A stretch of 64,000 nt of DNA from Pristiophorus japonicus (taxonomy: Eukaryota). The DNA is taken from assembly GCF_044704955.1 (NCBI RefSeq), contig NC_091989.1, forward strand, positions 111,352,001 to 111,416,000, in the 5' to 3' direction. A program made the translations under genes and the position numbers. The notes under the pieces were generated by a model. The model searched no databases. It saw only the letters and a program-made list of their open reading frames with translations, and was not told the origin of the DNA. Below, piece by piece: positions 13,571 through 24,362 of this stretch. Every line of letters starts with the position of its first letter. The stretch's first letter is position 1.

Positions 13571-14414
13571 GTCAGTGTAGGGTGATCTATGGCATGCACG
13601 CGAGGGAATCAAGACCTAGTTCAGTCTTCAGGGCAAGTGAGCTTGGAGAACAAGGATAATTGGACCAGGGCGAGGAAGGACTGTAACGCTGAAGGCCAGG
13701 ATGTTGGTGAGAGGCATAGAGGAAGGAGAAATCGATAGCTGGTGCAGAATGCCTTTTTTCCCCCACTAATTTCTCTATCGCGATAGTACGAATGGAAGAG
13801 GCCACTGAATGTGCCACAACTAATTCGTATCTCTGCCGTTCAGGTACGCTATTTCAAAATAAATGGAATATTTATTAATACTTGATTTTTATTTTTCCCC
13901 ACCTCTGGCATGTTTTATTTTGGTAAATGTGCTATTAAAAGTGCAAGTGTGAATTGTAGCACTCTCCGTGCCAACCCAGCCAAGATCAGCGAACTCGCGC
14001 TGTCCCAGAATCAAAACTGAGATCCTCCGATCTGCACGACTGTCCCATACTGTCTTTGCCAAATGAGCTGTCGAGTTATGTAGAGATTTATCAGCAAATT
14101 AAAGTGACCCCGATTACAACCTTAAACATACACAAATGTGCATTTTGAGGCATGATATTCATTCACATATGCTTTTGAGTCACTCTCCATGAAAAAGGTA
14201 TAATACCTCAGTGAAATATCGTCTAATGAGTGCACAACAATGAGCATTGTTTCCACGGCAATTTCCCTTGACGTATAGCAATCGAGGCAATTTTTTCTAT
14301 AATATATACATATATCTTGAGATTTGTTTTCACACCTGAATTGTTTATTTTTAATTGAGCCACTTGGTATCGTGCGATGGCACATAATACAGGATGGCTG
14401 AGCAGTGGCAGTTC

Positions 14415-15640
14415 TGAAATATAGGAAGAAGTCTAAAAGGGAGCAAACGCTGAGCTAAGGTGGTGTTGACCACTGGTATTTTAAAATAATCTAACATTAG
14501 GAGAAAGGTATGGGTGTGTTTGGATCAGTGTTGTTACAACTGCCAGGGCAACTAGAAAGTTGCAGCTTCAAAGCAGAGCTGGGGTTTGTAATCCAGAGCG
14601 TCCTACAGACACTGCAAAACACTGCAGGAACCATGGTGTACTTTGACCAGACTTGGATGTCATTTTTGGGGGAATGACATTGGGAAGAAGAGGTCATTGA
14701 GATACTAAGGTAAGTGAACAAAATCTAACTGAGTAAATGATATTTTCAAAATATTGAAAGAAAGAAATGGTATGGATATTTGGAGAAAACAACTGAACTG
14801 ATTGTGAACGTGAAATGCAATACCCTGTCAAGTCACCAGCCCCAGACATGTCCAAACCTGTAACTCAGTCAAAATTGAGTTTTGGAGTTTTTATGCTCGG
14901 TATATTACTTGGGTTCAACATTGATGACTACTCCATGAGCAGTCTTCATGTCTCCTCCAAATCAGTGTGTGTCTTTATCTGCCCAATATCTGGGTAAATG
15001 TAGTGAGACCCTGGGATTGAATAGAGTATCCTGCTCTGTACTCTGACTTACTGAAATATTGCACATAACCACCTTATCTTTTGTAAGTCGATGATTTATA
15101 GACTGAGGGTCAGACTATAAGCCAACAGACAAATACATTTACCATTGTACTCACTGTAATCTATTTACAGTAATTACAAACTTTACTATTCCCCTCAAAT
15201 GCCAAAGCAACAACAATGGTTCTCTCGTAATGTAACATTGATCCTTGCTCACTTGTTATGTGATGAAAGGCCACATGGAGCCACATCTAGCTCATTCTCA
15301 TTTTAATCTCTCTGGCTGACTAAGGTAAAGTGAACTTCAGCTATATCGTTGAACATCCTTTGAAGATATACTGAAACCAGGAGCATTTGACAATTGTGCA
15401 TCTTACAATTTAAATCAGCGGCCATTTATAGGTTATCAAATACACAATGTTTGTCTACCCAAATACACTTGATATTGTAGTAAAGCTCAAAAGACTGCTC
15501 TCAGCCTGTCTGAATAGAATGATTTGTAAGCAGCAAGGGGTTAAAAAGTGTCACTTTAGAGTGACTTTGAAGTGACCCTCCTGCATCCAGACCATAATGT
15601 ATACTTGTGCAGTTAGCAAAATCCAGTATTACAGCTGTGT
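14415..15640. repeat. Copy B (uninterrupted) of the diverged local duplication
   Basis: Colinear with 7075-7908 followed by 13385-13570. Confidence 0.72.
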
Positions 15641-16239
15641 TTGTATTGTCTTGCAATAAAAAAACACAGATGATCTAACCGACAAAGAAAAACATTTTTG
15701 TCAAGAGTCACAGCAAGAAAACAAAAATAGAACTTCACCTGCCTAAAGTTCATTGTAGCAGTCCCTTCCTACACTACAGGCAATTCTAACATTACTGCAA
15801 TGAACGGACCGAGGCCAAACTTTATATGTATTGCAAAGCCATCAAAGTTAAAGTAGTTGTATCATTCTCTGGTTAAACAAATTACAAACAGTAATTTAAT
15901 AAGACTTCATGTATAAAGTAATGATTTGCTGGAAGTGAGTTATAGGCTGTAATCTAATCACGGGGCTTAGCTGCTGTATCTTGGAACTGTATGATTAGGT
16001 TAGAACCAATAACTGGCATTAAGTTTAGAGTGCAAGTAATATACAACTCATTTAAGCACCCAAAATATTCCAATCTTCACTCTGTTTTTGTTTCAGCAGC
16101 GACTCAGTGTGACGGCAGTTTTCTTTGCTCATAAAATCTACAATCAGTGCTCGAACTGTCATCCTCCTGTGCTCTAGAATGTTGTTAAACTCCTACACCC
16201 TGCTTCATCTCTCCCTACTTTCAAAAGCCTCAGAAAATA

Positions 16240-16490
16240 AAATAATTGGCAAAAGAACCCGAGAGGAGATGTACAGCGAGTTGTTGTGATTTGGAATGAC
16301 CTGCAGAAAGCGTGGTGGAAGCAGATTCAATAGTCATTTTCAAAAGGGAATTAGATATATTCTTGAAAAGGAAAATATTGCAGGGTTATGGGGGGAAAGA
16401 GCAGAGGAGAGTGGGACTAATTGGATAGCTCTTTCAAAGAGCTGGCATAGGCACGGTGGGCTGAATGGCTGCCTCCTGTGCCGTAAGATT
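16240..16490 (+). mobile_element. Old CR1 3' fragment
   Basis: gtggtggaagcagattcaata...gcagggttatggggg..agagcag..gggactaattggatagctctttcaaagagctggca; the same family occurs in reverse at 58470-58640. Confidence 0.65.
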
Positions 16491-17447
16491 CAATGAAAAT
16501 GTATTTCATCCACCACCTCTTCAATGCTGTTTTCACTCAGACTCAATTGGTGAAGGCCAAGGCCCGCCCAAAGGACTGCCGATGGCCACCGAGAGATCGA
16601 GCAGTACTTTGCCTGGAAGATTCCTCTAAAAGACCGCCCGGCGGCCAAGTAACAGCTTACGCCGTCAATCTGGGCGGCAGCGGGCGGAAGCTCTCAATCT
16701 CGGCGGCACTTGGCAAACAAAAAAACCCGCTGGAACACCTTCAGGGGACCCCATCTGGATAAGTCGCTGTTTTTTAAAAAAAAAAAAATTGAAAACAAAT
16801 GTAAATATGGTCATCAACAATTTTATTCCATTCTTCATACTTACCGTCGGGATTAGAACAGCCTCCATGCAGCAATCCTTTCCCCTGCTGGCGCTGACTT
16901 CCGCCCGCACCAATCTGGCAGCTCGGTGGGTGGGAGGCCACTTATGCTACTTGGCCGCCAGAGGACATCAGCGAGCAGTTCCCAGCTGTATTCCCTTCCC
17001 GCCTGCTCCAGCCCAAGTGGAAAATGGCAAAGAGGAAAATGGCAGGAAAACTCGGCGGCAGTGGGCGGTAAGGCCACCAATATCGGGGCCACTGTCCTCA
17101 ATCAGTCTGATGCATGAAAGCAGACGAGGACCCTTCCATTGCCTTTAAGAGTAATGATTTCTGGTGTAGAAATCTTGCAAAACAACCCAACTTTTTCCCT
17201 CCTTTCTTTTCTTGGTGTCTAATTCCATTGTGAGGTGCCTTGGGAGTTTCATTATGCTGCTATAAGAAGTGAGGATTACAGCACATTGATGTATAATAAT
17301 ATTAACCCAGCAAGATTAAAGCCTTTTATAACTTGAGTTTAATTAAACAAAAGCTTACAGCTGATTTAGTGGGGAATACAATGAGCACTCAGCATTACCA
17401 GTAGGTGCAAGTACTCCTTTTCTGCAGTTGGCCTGACCTGAGGGCAT

Positions 17448-17485
17448 TGAGTCAGACTGAAACTGAGTGAGTTTGGGGAAATTCC
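17448..17485 (+). promoter_or_regulatory. AICE1 (AP-1 + IRF) element followed by an NF-kB site, distal copy
   Basis: TGAGTCA-gact-GAAA (17448-17462) and GGGAAATTCC (17476-17485). Confidence 0.55.
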
Positions 17486-17873
17486 AAGCAAAGGAAACCC
17501 AGAATTATTGATCTAAATGTTTGACACTCAAAATAATCTTAAAGCAACCAAACTTATTGCTCTATTCCAATCAGTCTGTGTATGTATCCCACAAGATCCT
17601 AAAATAATCTTGTTGAACACTTTGCTTAAATGCCAGAGGAAGTTTGTGCTGTGGCAAGTTTTGGTTGTACCTAATTTTGATTATTAGTTACTTGGTGTTT
17701 TACAGTTCGAAGTGGTAGTCACTATCAGCTAAATAATGGCATGCTATGAAATTACAGATTTATTTTGTTCACGATCTTAGTGGGATATTCTGCACGATCC
17801 CTACATCAGGCAACAGTTTCCCTTTAAATGCAGGGAAAGTACTCCGTGCCAGCTATCATGATATCGAAAGCAT

Positions 17874-17922
17874 TGAGTCAGAATGAAACTGCAAAGAAAT
17901 GTAAGTGAGTTCGGGGAAATTG
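17874..17922 (+). promoter_or_regulatory. AICE1/ISRE-like element plus degenerate kB site, proximal copy, 50-100 bp upstream of the predicted ATG
   Basis: TGAGTCA-gaat-GAAACT (17874-17890) and GGGGAAATTG (17913-17922). Confidence 0.55.
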
Positions 17923-17972
17923 AAGTAGTGACGACTGAAGCAGCATTTTAAATTCGGAGCAATACCAAGAGG

Positions 17973-18042
17973 ATGGAAATCATCGTTTATGAAACAGCTT
18001 GGAAAAGATTTCAGTTTGTCACTGCAGCGAGTTTGGAGACAG
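17973..18042 (+). CDS. RBR-like E3 ligase gene, predicted coding exon 1 (MEIIVYETAWKRFQFVTAASLET-G)
   Basis: ATG in aggATGG context, open 70 nt, donor AG|GTAAAA in phase 1, matching the phase-1 acceptor at 24112. Confidence 0.55.
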
Positions 18043-18224
18043 GTAAAAATCTCATGGTCTAGAACTGAGTTACTAACTAAGATTTGTCTTGTATTTTTTT
18101 GTGACAGCTGGTAAGATATATATTAAATATTCCACAGACTTGCCTGCAACAAGAATGGCAGACAACAGACTGATGGCAGGCAACATCACCCCACAAAATG
18201 GGGTAGGGAAAAAACTGAACGATA

Positions 18225-19702
18225 GATCAGCGGATTGGAAAGCAGCTAATGTAACTCCTCTGTTTAAAAAAGGGGGCAGACAAAAGGCAGGTAACTATAG
18301 GCCGGATAGTTTAACATCTGTAGTGGGGAGAATGCTTGAAACTATCATTAAGGAAGAAATAGCGGGACATCTAGATAGGAATAGTGCAATCAAGCAGACG
18401 CAGCATGGATTCATGAAGGGGAAATTGTGTTTAACTAATTTACTGGAATTCTTTGAGGATATAACGAGCATGGTGGATAGAGGTGTACCGATGGATGTGG
18501 TGTATTTAGATTTCCAAAAGGCATTCGATACGGTGCCACACAAAAGGTTACTGCAGAAGATAAAGGTACACAGAGTCAGAGGAAATGTATTAGCATGGAT
18601 AGAGAATTGGCTGGCTAACAGAAAGCAGAGAGTCAGGATAAATGGGTCCTTTTTGGGTTGGAAATCAGTGGTTAGTGGTGTGCCACAGGGATCGGTGCTA
18701 GGACCACAACTGTTTACAATATACACAGATGACCTGGAAGAGGGGTCGGAGTGTAGTGTAACACAATTTGCAGATGACACAAAGATTAGTGGGAAAGCGG
18801 GTTGTGTAGAGGACTCAGAGAGGCTGCAAAGAGATTTGGATAGGTTAAGCGAATGGGCTAAGGTTTGGCAGATGGAATACAGTGTCGGAAAGTGTGAGGT
18901 CATCCACCTTGGGGGGGAAAAAAACTGTAAAAGGGAATATTATTTGAATGGGGAGAAATTACAACATGCTCGGTGCAGAGGGACCTGGGGGTCCTTGTGC
19001 ATGAATCCAAAAAAGTTAGTTTGCAGGTGCAGCAGGTAATCAGGAAGGCGAATGGAATGTTGGCCTTCATTGCGAGAGGGATGGAGTACAAAAGCAGGGA
19101 GGTCCTGCTGCAACTATAGGGTATTGGTGAGGCCACACCTGGAGTACTGCGTGCAGTTTTGGTCACCTTACTTAAGGAAGGATATACTAGCTTTGGAGGG
19201 GGTACAGAGACGATTCACTAGGCTGATTCCGGAGATGAGGGGGTTACCTTATGATGATAGATTGAGTAGACTGGGTCTTTACTCGTTGGAGTTCAGAAGG
19301 ATGAGGGGTGATCTTATGGAACCATTTAAAATAATGAAAGGAATAGACAGGATAGAGGCAGAGAGATTGTTTCCACTGGTCGGGGAGACTGGAACTAGGA
19401 GGCACAGCCTCAAAATATGGGGGAGCCAATTTAAAACCGAGTTGAGAAGGAATTTTTTCTCCCAGAGGGTTGTGAATCTGTGGAATTCTCTGCCCAAGGA
19501 AGCAGTTGAGGCTAGCTCATTGAATGTATTCAAGTCACAGATAGATAGATTTTTAACCAATAAGGGAATTAAATGTTACGGGGAGCGGGCGGGTAAGTGG
19601 AGCTGAGTCCACGGCCAGATCAGCCATGATCTTGTTGAATGGCGGAGCAGGCTCGAGGGGCTAGATGGCCTACTCCTTTTCCTAATTCTTATGTTCTTAT
19701 GT
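18225..19702 (+). mobile_element. 5'-truncated CR1 LINE, second family with (TTCTTATG)n tail
   Basis: RT ORFs (DWKAANVTPLFKKG, QHGF, FADDTK, RPHLEYC); very similar to 62277-63945. Confidence 0.93.
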
Positions 19703-20739
19703 AGACCTGTAACTCATTTGAAAACAAAGCCCATATCTGCGTATTTTGAAAGGTAGTTATTTACATCAAAATAATCGTTCATTATGTGATAAGTGCACTC
19801 CTTTCCTGGTGTAGCATAGTTAGCTCATTAAACCTTAGTGCCATTTAAGAACATAAGAAATAGGAGCAGGAGTCGGCCATTTGACCCCTCAAGCCTGTTC
19901 AGATAGCATGGATGGATATAAGCCCTGTGCTGCTTAGTTCCCAACCTAAGCTATATTGGGTGGGGTTGTGTTGTGCAGAGGTTGTAGTGAGCCTTAATGG
20001 TAGAGCTTGAGAGGCAAGAGAGAGAGATATAATTGAAAGGAAGAATTCTGTTTTGACTGTCCTTGGTACCTCCTAATAGCAGGTATGAGATAGCATTGGG
20101 GCAATCTGGCAGCAAGCTCTGTGCTCGTCCTTTTGGTTGCAAGTTAGTCAACCAGATGCTTGGAATAAACTTACAGGAATGGGACTTAATCAAAAATATC
20201 TCCCTGGAAAGGAAAAAGTTTAAAATAAGTACATCCAGCTTATGATGGATGATGATAGTGCTGGTTTTATTTCTCCATAACAGATGTGACTCATTTCTAA
20301 CTTCCAGCCTGATCCGGCATAATTTCTTTGAAAATATTTAGAGAGATATCTTTGCTTGGTAACATGATGTGCTGTGCAGAGGTTGTGAAGGAGGCAGAGT
20401 GCAGTAACGTGGTGATCTATTCTACATCACTGTGGCATGATGTACGTTGCCTTGTTCACAAGATGCGCAATCAGACTGATCAACTGTATTCATTATAGAG
20501 GATATACAGCTTCAGATACAGGGAGCCCTGAAGAAGGAGCTTTTAACTCTGGGATTTTACTTTGCACCACAATCTCCATAAATAGCTGCATCAATCTCTG
20601 GGACTGTCTCTCCATCTTCCTCCACACAGTCTCTCTTTCCCTCACTCTCTCTGTATAAAATCTCAGTTGGATTGAGTGGAGAGGTGTTGACCCAATAATT
20701 AGCAACACTGGGAGCCTCACTTCCTGTTCCCTGAAGACT

Positions 20740-21350
20740 CCCGAAAGACCCTAAAGCCCCTCTATGCCAGCATCCAATTGCTTCTTAAATGAATTCCAAG
20801 GCGCTCTCTGGTAGTCCTTTCCAAGTGCTGATCACCTTTTTGTATAAAGAACATTCTGATCGGTTCTAAATTTACTAATTTGAACCTCCTGGCTCTTTAT
20901 CCTATCCTCAATTTAGTTTAAAATTATATGCTAAACATATCTTTTCTATTCCATTAAATATTTTGTCCGCCGGTTAAAAATCAATTCTCAGAAGTCTCCT
21001 CAGGGACTGAAAAGCCCAGGATTCTCCAGACTCTCCTCATTAGCTCAGACCTTCGATGCTAGGTATCAGACCCTTGGCTCTTTTTCTGCACTGAGTCCAG
21101 TCCTTGAATGTCTCTCTTGCATCTCACTAACCAAAACGGTACCGTTTAATCATAACTTTTTGTCTTGTATTCTACTGGGTTTTTTTCTGTGGTTCAACAT
21201 CCTATTTATTGGCTTTGTTGCTTGCTGCTCTGCATTGGTTGGACATGTTGAGCATCAAGTCTGTAAGATTCCTGTGTTTCTTTCAGTTTCACCCATCGCT
21301 ATTTCAAAACCATTCCTGCTGTACATGTCACACCCATTTCCCCTTCTGTG
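20740..21350 (-). mobile_element. Old degraded CR1 3' fragment
   Basis: Degenerate similarity to CR1 C-terminal and 3' sequence (ccaattgcttcttaaatga, tgaaaagccc..ttctccag, caacatcctatt). Confidence 0.45.
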
Positions 21351-21359
21351 TAGCAGTAT

Positions 21360-21608
21360 TAGGCAGTCCCTCGTGTCGAGGATGACCCACTTCCACAGCA
21401 AAAAAATGAATTCTCAGGTGTTTCCATGAGGCACCTGACATTCTAGGTTCCGAACTACATCTTGAAGGGTGGAAGATACCTGTACGTGAATTATTTTAAT
21501 GTGGGTTGGCCACCAACCACCCCACTGGGTTGACAGAGCAAGGTCTTGGTCTATTGGTAACGGTTAACCAAGACGACTGGAGACCAAGCTCCGCTGTATG
21601 GGCCTAGT
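21360..21608 (-). mobile_element. RTE-tailed non-autonomous element, interrupted by a CR1; continues at about 22670-22710
   Basis: Close match to 41221-41480 (aggcagtccctcg..gaggatgac, ccgaactacatcttgaagggtggaagat, taaccaagacgactggagacca). Confidence 0.75.
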
Positions 21609-22640
21609 AAACATAGAAACATAGAAAATAGGTGCAGGAGCAGGCCATTCAGCCCTTCTAGCCTGCACCGCCATTGGCTGAACATGAAACTTCAGTACCC
21701 CCTTCCTGCTTTCTCGCCATACCCCTTGATCCCCCGAGTAGTAAGGACTTCATCTAACTCCCTTTTGAATATATTTAGTGAATTGGCCTCAACTACTTTC
21801 TGTGGTAGAGAATTCCACAGGTTCACCACTCTCTGGGTGAAGAAGTTTCTCCTCATCTCGGTCCTAAATGGCTTACCCCTCATCCTTAGACTGTGACCCC
21901 TGGTTCTGGACTTCCCCAACATTGGGAACATTCTTCCTGCATCTAACCTGTCTAAACCCGTCAGAATTTTAAACGTTTCTATGAGGTCCCCTCTCATTCT
22001 TCTGAATTCCAGTGAATACAAGCCCAGTTGATCCAGTCTTTCTTGATAGGTCAGTCCCGCCATCCCGGGAATCAGTCTGGTGAATCTTCGCTGCACTCCC
22101 TCAATAGCAAGAATGTCCTTCCTCAAGTTAGGAGACCAAAACTGTACACAATACTCCAGGTGTGGCCTCACCAAGGCCCTGTACAACTGTAGCAACACCT
22201 CCCTGCCCCTGTACTCAAATCCCCTCGCTATGAAGGCCAACATGCCATTTGCTTTCTTAACCACCTGCATGCCAACCTTCAATGACTGATGTACCATGAC
22301 ACCCAGGTCTCGTTGCACCTTCCCTTTTCCTAATCTGTCACCATTCAGATAATAGTCTGTGTCTCTGTTTTTAACCACCAAAGTGGATAACCTCACATTT
22401 ATCCACATTATACTTCATCTGCCATGCATTTGCCCACTCACCTAACCTATCCAAGTCACTCTGCAGCCTCATAGCATCCTCCTCGCAGCTCACACTGCCA
22501 CCCAACTTAGTGTCATCCGCAAATTTGGAGATACTACATTTAATCCCCTCGTCTAAATCATTAATGTACAATGTAAACAGCTGGGGCCCCAGCACAGAAC
22601 CTTGCGGTACCCCACTAGTCACTGCCTGCCATTCTGAAAA
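21609..22640 (-). mobile_element. Young 5'-truncated CR1/HER1-like LINE
   Basis: ORFs 21692-22408 and 22371-22622 are nearly identical to the 3' half of the copy at 8714-10908; tail present. Confidence 0.95.
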
Positions 22641-22889
22641 CCCACATATTCCTATTGTCCTTGGTATTCATAGGTCGCAGTGTGGGCCTCGCTGCCGGCC
22701 CGTGCTGCACCTTCCCTGAATACACTCGTGTGCATTAAATTCTTTCTGCCATTGTGCTGCCCACATGCTTGTTTTCCCCAATTCATTTCATTTCTGACTG
22801 CCTCCTCCATTTTCAGTGCTTTCTATGTTGAATCAGCTCCAAATCTAGTCAATTTGCATTGAGTTTCTGAATCAGTGATTGATGCAAAT

Positions 22890-23695
22890 TACAAAGTATT
22901 TACAGCACAGAAACAGGCCATTCGTCCCACCAGGTCCGTGCCGGTGTTTATTCTCCACACAAGCCTCCTCCCACCATTCTTCATCTGACCCCATCAACAT
23001 ATTCTTCCATTCCTGTCTCCTTCATGTGCTTATCTAACTTTCTCTTGAATGCATCTATATTAATTTGCCTCAACTACTCCCTGTGGTAGTGCGGTCCACA
23101 TTATAACCTTTATCTGGGTAAAGAAGTTTCTCCTGAATTCCCGATTGGATTTTATTAGTGACTATCTTATATTTATGACCCCTAATTCTGGTCTCGATTG
23201 CAAGTGGAGACATCTTCTCTACATTATCCCTATCAAACCCTTTCATAATCTTGAAGACCTCCATCAGGTCATCCCTCAATCTTCTCTTTTCTAGAGAAAA
23301 AAGCCCCAGCCTGTTCAATCTTTCCTTATAGGTATAACACCTCAGTTCTGATATTCTAGTAAATCTTTTTTGCAACTTCTCCAGTGTCTTCATATCCTTT
23401 TTATAATATGGAGACCAGAATTTTTCACAGTACCCCAAGTATGGTCTAATCAAGGTTCTATACAAGTTTAACGCAGCTCTGCTTTTCAACACTCTCTCTC
23501 GAAATGAACCACAGTGCTTTGATTGCTATTTTATGGCCTATTAACCAGTGTCGCTACTTTTAGTGATCTGTGTAGCTGTACCCCCAGATCTTTGTTTATC
23601 TACTCCATTTAGACACTTATTTTCTAAGGAGTATGTGATCTCCTTTTTCTTCCTACGAAAATATATTACCTTGCATTTATCTATGTTAAAGTTCA
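22890..23695 (-). mobile_element. Older CR1 3' fragment
   Basis: ORF 23070-23492 (LYRTLIRPYLGYC..FWSP, LFSLEKRRLRDDL). Confidence 0.85.
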
Positions 23696-24111
23696 TGAAT
23701 TCAAAATGGTAGTGGTCCCAATACCAAGCCTGTATTTTCCCTCCCCACCACTGGCAACTGAAAAATACAAGCTGCAATTTAGTAGGGATGTGCTGACTGG
23801 AGACTGCACTGGGCTTCCATAATGAGAGGTGGGGAAGATCCAATCTTGGCTCTCTATGGTACCATCGAGTGGCCCCAAGTAAAGACAGCCAACATATCCA
23901 AATAGTGACATTGTTTAGGAAGGGTTTGCAATGAGACTGGTTAAGTCAGAGGACCTGTGGATGTCTGAGTACATCAGAATGAAATTAATTTTACTATTTT
24001 CAGTTTAGCAGCTTCCAGCTGATCTTGCTTGGAAGTACAGTGCTCAGATTTTCAAGCGTTTGAATTCATTGTGAATTATTTGTTTCAAGCTATGCCTGTT
24101 CTCTCTTGTAG

Positions 24112-24188
24112 GAGGGCATGAAGCATCCTGTGGTCATATGGTGATGTCCAAGGGTCTGAAGGAATGGTGTAAGGCACTTCTAGATGAG
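24112..24188 (+). CDS. RBR-like E3 ligase gene, coding exon 2 (GHEASCGHMVMSKGLKEWCKALLDE; RING1-like part)
   Basis: Acceptor ttctctcttgtag, donor GAG|GTGAGT, phase 1 in and 0 out; SCGH....W.C..LL pattern. Confidence 0.85.
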
Positions 24189-24362
24189 GTGAGTTCACAG
24201 CTGGTCAGAATTATCTTCAAGTGCTGGGCACATGAACTTTCAGCTTCAGGGCTGGTCTGTTATAGTGGAGGGAGATGGATGATAGGGCAAAACAGTTGTT
24301 TTCTCTTCTATTTCAGCAGTGGGAATTTCTTCACGTCCCCATCCAGTCATCTTTATGGCTTG

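Noticed and set aside
15260-15320. C/D snoRNA-like TGATGA...CTGA
   Set aside because: There is no convincing terminal stem and the C box is not kept in the duplicate copy near 7825.
18295-18903. Long antisense ORFs opposite CR1 RT (also 62527-63135 and similar)
   Set aside because: These are recurrent antisense shadows of LINE ORF2 with no independent coding evidence.
18089-19039. 316-aa ORF with a non-LINE N-terminus (possible host-RT fusion)
   Set aside because: It starts at TTG in an intronic pyrimidine tract and simply reads into a 5'-truncated LINE that later frameshifts.
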